A stretch of DNA of 64,000 nucleotides. Source: Haliotis rufescens (taxonomy: Eukaryota). The DNA lies in contig NW_025964361.1 in the NCBI RefSeq assembly GCF_023055435.1, positions 57,784,001 through 57,848,000 of the forward strand, read 5' to 3'. The translations under genes and the position numbers were made by a program. Below, in pieces: positions 1-13,100 of this stretch (positions are counted from its first letter, which is position 1; every line of letters starts with the position of its first letter). The notes under the pieces are model-generated. The model saw only the letters and a list, made by a program, of their open reading frames with translations. It was not told the origin of the DNA and did no database searches.

Positions 1-83
1 GGCTTTCCTCCTGCATTAAGCTGACACTCAGTGATATTACTGATAGTTAAAGCGGCGTTAAACCCAACTAACTCACTCACTCA
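1..83 (+). mobile_element. 3' end of SINE family 3
   Basis: Matches the tail of the full copy at 23117-23397 (aagctgacac..gtgatat...aaagcggcgttaaacccaact(cact)n). Confidence 0.75.
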
Positions 84-297
84 ATATAGTCACTAAATCC
101 CTACAATACTTTAGTTACACATATCCTATTTTTTTCTAGAAGATAGAAGTTTAGTTATGCAGTGTTAGTTTTCAGTCAAGAAATAGCAGTCGGTATAATG
201 TAAAATTGAGCGATTCAAATCCCTGAAGACAGTCAACCCATCTATGGATCTCCACCTAATGCTTCCATTCCGATGTTTCGATAAACGTAATTTCACC

Positions 298-1474
298 ATG
301 CCAGTACGAGTTCCTTCATCAAGCAAGTACGAGTACCTTCAGCAAGCCAGTACTAGTACCTTCAGCAAACCAGTACGAGTACCTTCAGCAAGCAAGTACG
401 AGTGCCTTCAGCAAGCCAGTACTAGTACCTTCAGCAAACCAGTACGAGTACCTTCAGCAAGTCAGTACGAGTACCTTCAGCAAGCAAATACGAGTACCTT
501 TAGCAAGTCAGTACGAGTACCTTCAGCAAGCAAGTACGAGTACCTTCAGCAAGCCAGCACGAGTACCTTCAGCAAGCCAGTACGAGTAACTTCAGCAAGC
601 AAGTACAAGTACCTTCAGCAAGCGAGTACGAGTACCTTTATCAAGCCAGTGAGAGTACCTTCATCAAGCCAGTACGAGTACCTTCATCAAGCCAGTACAA
701 GTACCTTCATCAAGCCAGTAGGAGTACTTCATCAAGCCAGTACGAGTACCTTCATCAAGCCAGTACAAGTACCTTCATCAAGCCAGTACGAGTACCTTCA
801 TCAAGCCAGTACGAATACCTTCATCAAGCCAGTGCGAGTACCTTCATCAAACCAGTACGAATACCTTCATCAAGCCAGTACGAGTACCTTAAGCAGGCAA
901 GTACTGCGAGTACCTTCATCAAGCAAATACTGCGAGTACCTTCATCAAGCCAGTACAGCGACTACCTTCATCAAACAAGTACTGCGAGTACCTTCATCAC
1001 GCAAGTACTGCGAGTACCTTTCTTTAAGCAAGTACTGGGAGTGACTTCATCAAGCCAGTGTGAGTACCTTCAGTAAGCAAGTACAAGTACCTTCAGCAAG
1101 CCAGTAGGAGTACTTCATCAAGCCAGTACGAGTACCTTCATCAAGCCAGTACGAGTACCTTCGGCAAGCCAGTACAAGTACCTTCAGCAAGCCAGTGCGA
1201 GTACATTCATTAAGCCAGTACAGCGAGTACCTTCATCAAGCAAATACTGCAAGTACCTTCATCACGCAAGTACTGCGAGTACCTTTCTTTAAGCAAGTAC
1301 TGGGAGTGCCTTCATAAAGCCAGTGTGAGTACCTTCAGTAAGCAAGTACTGCAAGAACCTTCATCAAGCAAGTACTGCGAGTACCTTCAGCAAGCAAGTA
1401 CTGCGAGTACCTTCAGCAAGCAAGTACTGCGAGTACCTTCAGCAAGCAAGTACTGCGAGTGCCTTCATCAAGCC
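298..1474. repeat. 23/26-bp minisatellite
   Basis: Tandem AGTACGAGTACCTTCA(G/T)CAAGCC units (23 bp), with 26-bp variants (+TGC) in the right half. Explains ORFs 244..1044 and 1325..1537. Confidence 0.95.
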
Positions 1475-1672
1475 GGTGCTGAACGTTGCATAATAAAATA
1501 TACAGAAGTAAAACTCATGACACCGCCGTCAAGGTAGCTCCTAAATGTCACTGAAGATGTTGATTCAAATAATGTTTGCGACATGTCAAAATTGTACAAC
1601 ACTGCAACCGTAAAACAATATAAGTCTCATACAATATAAAGATAGTATAACAGGATATTCACAGCTGGTTAC

Positions 1673-2089
1673 CTCCACATCGTCCTCACGTAATCGACTC
1701 AAACCACGAAAGTTGGATTTTCCCAAACTCCGTTGAAGATCCTCGAAACTGTTGTTTCTCTCGAGTTTAACTTCCGCTTCTATGTCAATATTCACGGCTG
1801 TCTGTATATAGGTATCTGTAATGTCTTGTTTAAGTGACGAATGTCTACGTCTGAGCACTGGTCTTTTCTCTTTCACGGGGTTTTGGGGTGGAGAAATCGG
1901 AAGGGTACCTCGCACCACCACTACCGGGTCAACCAGATAACGCTCGAATACTTCCTGTCTTGAGGGGCCGTAATGTATAATTGACTTGAACTTTTGTCTC
2001 CGCGGTCTTTCTGAATAATTGGTAGGATGTTGTGTCGGCTTGATCTTTTGAAGCATGACTGGATGCTCCAGTGGGGGTAGTTTTACCAT
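1673..2089 (-). CDS. Probable first coding exon of an uncharacterised minus-strand gene
   Basis: Non-repetitive 139-codon frame MVKLPPLEHP...REDDVE with ATG context AACATGG. It ends at a phase-0 donor GAG|GTAACC (1673/1672). No recognisable domain. Confidence 0.5.
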
Positions 2090-2365
2090 GTTAAGTATGT
2101 GATCACGCTAGTCCAAGATGTTTAACTCTTAGTAGTGTGCATAGTATCCGTTAATTGATCCCATGCAGATCCAAAGAGAATGTTAACATCCATTCCGAAG
2201 GTTAACCCTGAGACCATCAACTTGATCCATGTTACAATCAGTAATGGAGCAACAACGAAATTCCACAACACAAAAAATAGTTATTATCCTTTTCAAATGT
2301 TGATAAAAAATTCCAGTTCTTGAAAATATTTTTTCCACAGTTTTTAAAATCGTCCCACAGAATAT

Positions 2366-2470
2366 TCCTGGGTCCAATCTTTACACATTCCTGGGTCACA
2401 TCCTCACACATGCCTGGGTCAAATCCTCACACATTCCTGGGTCACACCCTACACGTCCCATTTCACACAT
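2366..2470. repeat. Short ~22-23-bp tandem repeat
   Basis: About 4 copies of cacacattcctgggtca(a/c)atcct. Confidence 0.75.
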
Positions 2471-4602
2471 AAAGTCTCCAGCGAACCACCATATGACCGT
2501 ATGTGTTACACTGTGTGACTAGAGCACGCACCTCGCTCCTTGTACGCAAGCAATTAACTTTCCCATGCATTTATAACTTACTTCACGGCCGACATAAAAA
2601 AGGTGTGATAAACACGTTCACCACGCCACGTTCTTTAAGCCAGTTCGTCATTTAACCCGACCTCTGGCTACACGACACTGGAAATCACTGGAAGCCTCAC
2701 TTTTGGACAAAGGATTGACAGTGTTGGTGCAACCCGCTCCTTTCAAGCGCTCAATCCTTCATACAAATAGCTTCTTTGCCCTTGTGACTTTCATAGTTAC
2801 CAATGAAAAGCGGACTATTTGTAGCAACGAGGTTGTAAACTGGTCATTAGTCCATGAAGATTATCTTGCCTTGTCTCATTGTTAGGTGGGGATTTGCCCC
2901 GTTATCTGTTTGTGGCTCTAATAGGCTCAAAGGGTTTGATGAATGGCATATATGTTCCCAGGCTTGTGTGGAAGAAACACGGATAGCCCATCAACACATG
3001 CTAGAATTCTATCGTCCACCGCCATGCTGCTATCTTCATGAATGCGTATGTAAATCCATGTATTTCGTATGTCATTGAGCTGAAGCGGTCGTTGGCTGTC
3101 AAGACATGTTGAATGTCGTTTCAGGTTACAAATAAATAGCCTAATGTTATTACTTTGTACATTACTTTTGTGGAATGTATTATGTTGGTTCCGCTGAACA
3201 AGGTAAACAGGGTGAAAGATCGAATCAGTGCCAAGACATAACAGATTGAACGTCTACATAATTATACAGGGAAGTTATGACGAGATGATAATATTAACAC
3301 TCTTTCAGTATTGATACGATGTGATTACAATCATGGTATAAGGAAGAGAGGTTGACGTAGTTCGTAGGTATTTTTACAAACTATGCGTGTAAGATCGCTT
3401 ACATGTCAAATGCAGTATGTGCCAGATGCATAATACCAACACAAACATGAGTCATTAATATTGTTATACGCAGAATCATCAAGAATACAGTGCCAAAAGG
3501 ACCAAGGGACGGCGCCAACGTAAGTCTTGACAGAACCTATTGGAAGTTAGCATAAAATCACATCATATTGAAAGTCAATCCTGTCTTCACTGCAACATCT
3601 ATACCCCTTAAAGATATAACCAGCAATTGATAGCACGAGCAACGAGTCGAATGACATTCTGTCAGCCAACGCACGCATGGTGATCCGGCCCCGACTTATC
3701 GTTTGTTTCGAGAAATCGAGGCCTGCCCTCCAGTTAGCCGCCTTTTGTTGGGGGTACTTGCAAAAGGACGGATCAACAATGCATGCTTCACGTTTCGGCT
3801 GTCGTCACTCTCAAATATAGAGCAAACTAATAAGATAGTGGATGAATGTGTTTAACGCCACAGTCAGTAAAATTCTAGTTGTAAACAATCGAGTCTGGAC
3901 CAGGCAAACCATTGACTGACATTATGATTAACGATCCACGATATTGTGGAACAGCTCTCCGTGCCTGACCTCCCGGTTGTCTTCAATCGACGAGCTGGCA
4001 TGACCTAATATTATCCGGATCCTCAAGATCCTTGTTTTATCCCCTTAGTGCCGTGCTACCGGACGGGTAACAACAAGTACCATCTTTAACGTATTTCGGT
4101 ATAATGCGACCAGATCACTTGTAGTTGAGAAACTGATAAACAATCAATTATTTTATTATTTATTTTATTTATTATTTATTAATTATTTTACTGTATTTAA
4201 TTATCTCATATGATTCATATTAATGTCAGTAACAGTGCACGATATACCGACACAGCTAACTTGCCACTCTTTCATACAAAGAAGCAACCTGACCACTGCT
4301 TCTCTTTAATTCACTTATGACAAGCTGGCATGACCCATTCTTCTCCGGTATCCCCAAGTACATGCACCTATTGTCCAAATCCCCATAACTTTGTTTGAGG
4401 AACGCGAGCCGGGAGTCAGCATGCCTCAGATAGCTGCGGATTGGATGTCCCTAATGTCCATCTTCAAGTGGTCATCCAGATCATTATCTATCTGTGTAGG
4501 ACACTCAATAATCTTTTAACCTACCGGGTGATTTTACCGTAAGTGTCACGCATTCTTGTTCACCTAGTTTGTAGACCACTGGTATTGAATGTATTGGAAG
4601 AG

Positions 4603-4780
4603 CGAGTGAGTGAGTGAGTTTGGGGTCAACGCCGCTTTGAACAGTATTTCTGTTATATCACGGCGCGTCGGTTTAATGTGGGAGGAAAGCCCGAAGTGAT
4701 TCAGTTCTTAGACGTTTCCACTTTGGTGAAACCCACAAGCACGGGTATGATGCTGATAAACCTAGAAACATAACTGAGGT
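4603..4780 (-). mobile_element. SINE family 3, partial
   Basis: (gagt)n tail and body matching 23117-23397 in reverse. Confidence 0.75.
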
Positions 4781-5420
4781 GTATTCAAAGGGCTTGCATG
4801 GATATAATTTGTGATAAAGGTTGATAACATAGTTAATGATATGAAGAAATCATCGTTAAAAAAATAACAACAGAACCTTATTCCGAGTCAACTGTTGATG
4901 AACTTCAGGTGAGGTGTGGCGGGACATAGATACCCCTCTCAGACATAGCATTCTGACTCCAAGCCGAACAGTCCCTGTATTATGTCGTTAATGCCAGGCA
5001 GGGTAACAACAAGTACCATATTTTAACATATTTTGGTATGACACGACCGGGGATCTTATGTAGCTGAGAAATGTAAAACAATCAATACATATTATTATGG
5101 TAGTTTATCATGTAATATGATTCATATTAATGTCAATATTAGTGCATGGTATATAGAAACAGGAAGCTTGTCACCCTTTCATACAAAGAATTAAACTTAC
5201 TACCACACGGTGTTTATACATGTATACGGAATTTAACTGCATGTACGACACGGTTCGTGGGCAGCAAACAGGACCTTTCATGAATTACACTCACACAAAG
5301 CGAGAATAGTTTTACGACTATCGTTACTTCTCATATACTTTAACACTCCCACTGACGTCGAAAATGATGGTAATGTTCTTTGTAAGTTTGGAAGAGGGTC
5401 CCGGGTCTCGTTCAACATAA

Positions 5421-5592
5421 GGGGGCGGTCGGGTAGCCTAGTGGTTAAAGCGTTCGCTCATCACGCCGAAGATCCGGGTTCGATTCCCGACATGGGTACA
5501 ATGTGTGAAGCCCATTTCTGGTGTCCCCCGCCGTGATATTGCTGGAATATTGCTAAAAGCGGCGTAAAACCATACTCACTCACTCACTCACT
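5421..5592 (+). mobile_element. tRNA-Asp-derived SINE (family 1)
   Basis: A box TAGCCTAGTGG, B box GGTTCGATTCC, (cact)n tail. Target-site duplication (TSD) ctcgttcaacataa on both sides. Confidence 0.93.
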
Positions 5593-5899
5593 CGTTCAAC
5601 ATAAAGACTTTTGCACTGTGACTATCATACCTCATTCTACCGTAACCTCTACCCTGTCGTCTAAGGCGCAGCAATTCGCTGTTAAGGGTTTCTCTTGGAT
5701 ACGGAAAAATGTATATATGATCGTGGGTTTCAACGACATGGTAAACGTCAGAGACCTGCAGCACCTCGGGGTCTTCTCTCACAGTAAGATGACAAGCTGA
5801 TAAGTGGAATATTGTTCAAAGCGGCGTTAAAAATCAACTCACTCATTCATAATAACTTTGACTAACGGCAGTGTTAAAGTCGTTTTCCTAATTCGGCAT

Positions 5900-6179
5900 C
5901 CACCTCTGTGGTCTAGCGGTTGAGCATCCGACCGGGGAGCGGAAGGTCCGGGGTTCGATCGCCGGGAGCGTCATGCCAAAAGACGAAACCAAAAGATTGT
6001 ACTTCTTTTTACCATGTCTGGCGCTCGGCATTAAGGGGATAAAAAAAGGACTGTTCGATTCGGGGTCAGTATTCTGTATCTGAGTGGGGTATTCAAACTG
6101 CGGCATGGTATCTCAGTGGGTTAGCACTATAAAAATCGGCATTAGTCCAGACTAGTACAAGCAGACACACATGTACGAA

Positions 6180-6211
<32 letters not shown>

Positions 6212-6280
6212 GACACGTGCACGCACGTCGGTATATAAGTGCAATAATCTTGAACGTTAAACCCCATTTCACCTCACCAC
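5900..6280 (+). mobile_element. tRNA-derived SINE family 2 (central segment resembles the Meta-SINE domain)
   Basis: B box GGTTCGATC, core tctggcgctcggcattaaggg, internal (gcac)n. Homologous to 8102-8451 and 12618-12975. Confidence 0.85.
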
Positions 6281-7277
6281 ACCTCCAAAATCGGCGTTGC
6301 ATTGCATTGTTTTTCGTCTGTTGGTTTAAAACTGTTGTAATTCTTATGCTTCAACACAAGTCGTAATGCTTTTATCGTTATGTGGAATGGCTGTCACGAC
6401 TATGTACATGAACTTACATGATTCATAGATCATAGTTCATACTTCCATATGCTTACGACAGTCAGTGCACCAACATCGCTTTGTGAAACACTTTCCAGCC
6501 CCAGAAACTGCAACATTGCGGCTGGCATCTGCTTTGTAACCCGGATCGTTAACGGTTTCATACGGTTTTAATTGGAAACGAGATTCGAAAGCAATGAACT
6601 ATAACAATTGTCTGACACGTACTTGTATTTTAGGCTCAGCTTCTTCCTGCGGCTCCGGCTGTGGCGATGCGATGACGTCATCCTGGGCATGCGCACTAGA
6701 GACTGACATTCTGCGATGCCTGTCATGTCTGTGCGTCCTGGAAGACGTTCGTGGAGCTGTGCTGGAAGACAGAACACCAACATTTTCTCAAATTACAATA
6801 ATATTTCTCAGGAGCTTAATGCAACCAAAACATTATCCACTATTTATTGATTGCGTGATTTATTTGGAGTGATTTGAATGGGTGCCCCCGGTGCGGCAGG
6901 TTATGCTCACCTTTTTCTTTGAGCACGGGGTATCATCATATTTGGTAGTGATTCATAAATACATGCATATGATAAAGTCGGAATCGCACAATCGATCATT
7001 GAAAGGGTTTTGTTGTTTTTATTAACTCCGCTTTCTTCACTATTATTCAGTTATATCACTTAATGTTGACGAAGGTCCAGACTGACAGAGGCCGCAGACG
7101 TTTATAACTTGTGTGAAGCACACGATACGTGACATTGTATTGACGCACCAATTATGCTGATTAATCAAGAATAGAACCCAGTATCAGCGGATCCTGCCAA
7201 CTAAGGGACGTAGCTCTACACGATAAATTGTTACGTCTCAGAGCATTGGCCAGCCCTGTCACCAAGTGAAAGCCTTG

Positions 7278-7333
7278 TCATCATCAACATCATCATAATC
7301 ATCATTATCATCACCATCATCATCATCATCATT
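7278..7333. repeat. (ATC)n microsatellite
   Basis: Imperfect tcatcatca run abutting the 3' end of the RLE retrotransposon. Confidence 0.9.
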
Positions 7334-8035
7334 ACAGATTAAAATAAAAAATGCAGCAAAGACGGTTTGGGTGATCCTGGCACAGTCAGGCTGGGTAGGC
7401 TCATCATCACCTCAGGGCCCTTGCCCCCTCTACACGCAGCCCAGACGGCGAATGGCAAACCCACTCAGAACTTTTCAGAGAATGTGAAGACTCCCGAACA
7501 CTGCAGCCTTCTGCATTACCCAGATTGTCAGAAGGGCTGTATTCCCGGTAGCAAACCCGGGTACTCTCCCAATGCCAGTCAACAGATTGGGAGGTACCAA
7601 ACCTAAGGCACTGGGGGAGTCGGACAACTTGGAACTTCGGATGCAAGCGTGACATTTCGAAAGCCAGGTCCGCATATTTGTCATGTTTTTCCTCAATCTT
7701 GTCAATCACATTAGTGTCAAAGGGGACAGAAAATTCAATGATATAAATGATTTCATTGGATTTATCAAAAAGGACAAGAGCAGGTTTGTTGACCTGGATG
7801 CGTCTTAGGCTGTAAACGGGCCTATTCCAAAGAATTTTGTATTCATCATTTTCCATGACGCCCTCTACATATTCCGGGTCGTACCATGGGTGGACCTCTG
7901 TGTCAAAACCACAAGCATGACGAAGACGGTAATAAAATGATCGAGCTACACCATCATGTCGTTTGAGATACTGTGTTTGTGTCAAAGCTGGGCATCCACT
8001 GACAATGTGTTGGACAGTCTCATTGTCGTCAATTA
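7334..8035 (-). mobile_element. 5'-truncated RLE-type non-LTR retrotransposon (R4/Dong-like)
   Basis: ETVQHIVSGC (knuckle remnant), RHD, KPALVLFDK (PD motif mutated), IIEFSVP and KHDKY form a restriction-like endonuclease domain. Frameshifted near the C terminus. Confidence 0.85.
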
Positions 8036-8101
8036 GGATTGTGTTCAATCAAATTGGCAAATTATAAACGTGGTGCAGTGCTTAGACGGATTGCCCTTTG
8101 A

Positions 8102-8451
8102 TGAGGTGAAATTGGGTTTAACGTCGCGTCCAAGATTATTGCACTTATATAGCGACGTGCATGTACGTGTGTGTGTTTGTGTGGCTGTTTGTACTAGTCC
8201 GGACTGATGCCGATTTATAGTGCTAGCTCACTGAGATACCATGCCGCAGTTTAACATGAATACCCCACTCAGACACAGTATACTGATTCCGAGCCGACCA
8301 GTCCTTGTTTTACCCCCTTAATGCCGAGCGCCAGACAGGGTAACAACAAGTACCATCTTTTAACGTCTTTTGTATGAAGCGGCCGGGGATCGAACCCCGG
8401 AACCTTCCGCTCTCCGGGCGGACGCTCTACCACAAGACCACGGAGGCGGTC
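8102..8451 (-). mobile_element. SINE family 2, full length
   Basis: A/B boxes on the minus strand. TSD ccctttgatga. Confidence 0.92.
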
Positions 8452-10652
8452 CCCTTTGATGATACTCACTGGCATGGCTTCAAGGCCTCAGTAAAACCTT
8501 CTAAAACTTTTACGGTAGACATGTGGAGGACAAAATGTTATCAGGTGACCACTTGATTTGCCTTTGAATGTGTTTGTGACGGATGACACAGGTGGTGCAA
8601 TATACGCTCACCTTTTCGCGAACACCTGGTAGCATTACTATTTGATAGTGATTCTTGAACACTTGTTTATGATATGGTCGGAATCTTACAATCGACTCTG
8701 TTTTCGGCATAGATTTCTGATGGATATGAACACTGTTTTGTCGCTTTTATTTGGTACTGACAAACCCGGGATCATAAAGGGCGAATCTGGAATTCGACGC
8801 TGCGATTATAGGATCCTGGCACGCCAGAGGGACGCAACTCTGTTCAGTGAATTGCGGCTCCTAAGAAGACTTTGCCACATATGCCCCTAAGTATAACTGC
8901 AAGTTATGACGGTAACACTACACAAACTGCACTCTTGTAGATATCACCTCATACATGTATGATTTTTTTATTTGACATTTTTATTTGACCTTTGCCCCCG
9001 AAACATACATCATTTTATCTCATGTGCAACAAGTGTATACACATACCAGATGTGCCTGTTTCAATGAGTCAAACTTTGTCTTAGGATTTATGTGAAGTGT
9101 ATAAATACAATATTGTAGTAAATAGTCCTCAGGTGACAGGAACATCGACTGATCTGACAGAGAGGTGAAATGAACACCTGTTACTATATTTCGTTGCTAG
9201 TAAATACACGAAAGGGAAAACGCGCTTGTCAATTCTTTTTTATTTTTCAACTTCATGGATATAGATTCGTACAGACTTATCGAGGCCATCGCGTTTGTGT
9301 CGTTGACGAATTGTGCCCAATTAAAAATAGGTTTAAATAGATAGCCTTGCTACCAGAAACATTTTATTTTATTTGAGGTGTACTTGTACGAATATCGTAC
9401 ATCACAATATAAAGTTTGAATTTTAAACATGAAATCTGCACGTACCTGTCATGGTGAACTTTTGTGAAGGTAATTTTCACTTCGTTGTGTCCTCCCTTCA
9501 TTTCGACTGTATTATCTCGACATTTACTCGACAAACAGTAAGAAGCCACAGAGAAAATATAATCCACGTATTCACCGTCAGCGTTTTAAGAACATATTTC
9601 TTGCTCCAAATCGATAATTGAATTTATGTTTATGTATATTCACGTAATGATTGAATACCGCTCCCTATAATACAGTAAAACACCAACACAGTAGAGCACA
9701 AACCATAAACACAACTACGACTGATCGACTTAACGACGACTGTTTTCAACAAAAAGAATATTTCATAGCTAATATAAATCATCTACACATAAAAGAATTA
9801 TTAGTGTGAGGCAAATAAGAAGATAATATCAAATCGCCCGGACACACTAGCATTTTGTTATTAGGCTCCTTGCAGTACTTGGGAATGTTTACCGTCCTAT
9901 CCTATGTTGAACGAGGGGTTAGTCAAGGAGGCTTGCTCTGCTTTTGAGTGTTTGGCTTTTGATAACCGCGAGAGTGTTATTTGATATATATCGGTATATC
10001 TTGTCTAAAATACAGACGGGACTTTTAATGCTTGTGGTTGTTGATACAGGTAATTCGTCTAGCTCCCGTTGTAAGAGACGTGTCAAGATTTGACGGGGAA
10101 TGTAAATACACTTTTCCATTTAATCTGGCAAATCGCGGAATGGGTTTAATACTAAATGGTTGAGTCACTGTGTGGTTTCATTTACGAGAGTCTGTTCGTA
10201 GTGACGATTATGACGTAATGATAAGAAGACGGTAAACATGAGCTCCCAGTGTATGGCCCAGTACTGAGTAGACAGGGTCTAGCTAGCGTTTCTGTCTAGT
10301 GTTTGTAATATATATCACTCGTTAAGACATTCACGTTCAGCATTATTCACAGAATTCTGTAGACGTACTGTAGGGACGGTAATTGTGGTTTAAACAACAT
10401 TTGTTTTCTTCAAAATGAGCAATGCCTTTTTGAAGACCTCCTAGTTATTAGTCCTAGTTATAATGCTCTTGTCGTAATAAAGTGGATCTTGGTTATGATA
10501 AGTTAAGACCGGGCTATGCTGGTGCGTCTTCGTACCCCGATGGTGGGAATCGGTGTTCACACTATCGACCACTGGGTGTCTGTTCCCATCGTGACTCAGT
10601 CAAAAGTCGTTGCGGTAATATAACGTGACTACGTCTAAATTTACTCCAATAA

Positions 10653-12131
10653 TATACTCTTCCAAAAGTAGACTGGATACTCGGAAATAATTTATATTTC
10701 CAACATGGTAAGACATGTTAATTTTTGGTAATAGTTGGTAAAAGTCTAGTAATGATAATAATGAACGAACTGGGAACACGTTACAACAGGTAATGGTAAA
10801 TTGGCAATTTTGGATTAGTTGTGCGTAATACTGCCACGATTTGTCAAACATTCATTCACTCGACGAGGCATACTGTGTATGAGTCCCGCAATGGCAATAT
10901 GAAGTCGTCTATCCTACTCCTCTTGCAGCGCCTAGCTAAGTTCAGCCAACGTTGTCAGCGGCCAATGACGTTGACGCACACGTCTCCCTATCATGTCCCA
11001 GACGTCTTGAATGGGGAAAAGGTCTAGGTTGAGTGCTGGCATGGCATTCTGTGGATGTTGTGCTGCTTGAGGTGAGCAATGACGATTCGTGTACGGTGTG
11101 TCGACCCACACGCATTGCAAACGGACAACAAGTCAGTATGTTGTCGCGATAGTCTGGTGATTCTTCCTTGCACAATAAGGAGTAGGGTTCACAGTCATAG
11201 TCATGTCACCCCACAACATAACGGGTCCACTTACAAATATGTCATTAAGTCTAAGGTTGTCATTGGCTTGATGTTCATTTGGACGTCGCCAGGCAAGCGC
11301 AACGTGAATACGGACACATGAAAACATATGACCAGCGACAATTACCCCAGTTTTGACGTTGTGTACGCTATAGACCTCTGTTGGCAATGTGACGATTTGT
11401 AAGGGGCGGCACAACAATGGAGATGAACAAATCGTCCGACCCGTAACTCGATCCCAGTTGCCGGATGAACGTTTGCAGCAAATCTGTGTCGCCGTTTGAG
11501 AGCCGGCTTTCGGATTAATTGATCCTGTGATCTTGTTGTTGACCTGGGACGCCCTGAACGAGGTCGATGGTCAACATTTTCGATTTGATGGTACCTATGC
11601 CATAGTCTGCCAATCAGAGACTGTGAAACGTAATGGCCAGTTCTCAGCATACCAATAGCCTGTAGACGTTCCGCGCATGGAAGAGGCGACATCCCCAGTT
11701 CATGCAGTGAATGAAATCAAGTAAATTGCATCTGTATGATGAGCAGAGGCAATAAATGAGGCATAAATACTGGACCACAGAGATTTATCAACCTTCCTTG
11801 AAAGTGTCAAAATCAGGCATGACACATAACGCATGTGCAAACTAGTATAGGACGTGTTTTGGTGTTAAGGTTTACAGACATAAACGTTCTATCACATGAC
11901 GTTTGTCGTCAACACTTATCTTTGTTGAAAGTGTCAAAATCAGGAATGACACACAACGCACGTGTGTGGCGCTACTGCGTAATGCACGTGCAAACTAGGA
12001 TGTGTTTTGGTGTTAAGGTTAACATACATAAACGTTCTATCACATGACGTTTGCCGTCAACACTTATCTTTGTTCTAATACTTGGCATTAACATGTATAT
12101 TTCATGATCCCCTACTTTTTAAAAGAGTATA
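10653..12131 (-). mobile_element. Degenerate Tc1-like DNA transposon
   Basis: Terminal inverted repeats (TIRs) tatactcttccaaaagtag / ctactttttaaaagagtata. Transposase fragments ERLQAIGML, RPRSGRPRSTT, DLFPIQDVWDMIGRRV. Internal ~125-bp duplication near 11800-12070. Confidence 0.85.
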
Positions 12132-12617
12132 TTTGCACACTATTATAGAAATCTTGAACAGGGGAAAGATCCTCGCACGCTGTACTCAAGTGGTTAATAT
12201 CTATATCTCTTACCCATATGGTGAAGAGACATGTTGTGAGATACGTGTGTCGTACAAGGTTGACCTCGTTTTATTCGGTTTTACTCGCTGAGGACATACT
12301 GTGGCTACACTGTCGGGCAAAAGAAAATATTCCCCAAAGTTCGGTGGCTAAAACGGAAACAAACAAGACATGGTTATTCGATGGTGATGTATTTGAATCA
12401 GGTATCACGTAAGGCGATAGAAAAAATTGTCCTGCAATATATTTTCGTTCATAGAAATAGTGACGAGATTTCTTCAAGATTGACACTATATTAATCAAAA
12501 TAGGTACGTCTATTACTTCAAATTCGCTTTCGATTCTACATCAATTATGCCCAGATGAATAACTGACAATTTGCAATCGAGCTATATCCATAGGTCACGT
12601 ACATATAGACTAAAGAT

Positions 12618-12975
12618 AGGTGAGGTGAGGTGAAATTGGGTTTAACGTCTCGTCCAAGATTATCGCACTTATATAGTGACGTGCATGCACGTGTATGTGT
12701 GTGTAGCTGCTTGGACTAGTCCATACTGATGCCGATTTATAGTGCTAGCTCACTGAGATACCATGCCGCAGTTTAACATGAATACCCCACTCAGACGCAG
12801 TATACTGACTCCGAGCCGACCAATCCTTCTTTTAGACCCTTAATGCCGAGCACCAGACAGGGTAACAACAAGTACCATCTTTTAACGTCTTTTGTATGAA
12901 GCGGCCGGGGATCGAACCCCGGAACCTTCCGCTCTCCGGGCGGACGCTCTACCAGTAGACCACGGAGGCTGTCTA
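12618..12975 (-). mobile_element. SINE family 2, full length
   Basis: Near-identical to 8102-8451. Confidence 0.92.
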
Positions 12976-13100
12976 GACAACAGATACAGCGGGTTGTCGT
13001 GATCAAAGCACTTATGAGCGTGATGCACCCAGCAACTTGTAACTTTGATATAATGTAAACACTCAACGTGGCGAAATAAACCAATATAATATTTGGAACG

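Noticed and set aside
244-1537. ORFs 244..1044 and 1325..1537, and a CRISPR-like appearance
   Set aside because: These are translations of a head-to-tail minisatellite. There are no unique spacers or cas genes, and the context is eukaryotic.
4045-5200. Local ~230-bp duplication (4045-4285 vs 5000-5195)
   Set aside because: An old diverged duplicate containing a SINE fragment, with no functional signal.
5421-5500. tRNA genes at SINE heads
   Set aside because: The A/B boxes are followed by SINE bodies, tails and TSDs, and the acceptor stems are not intact.
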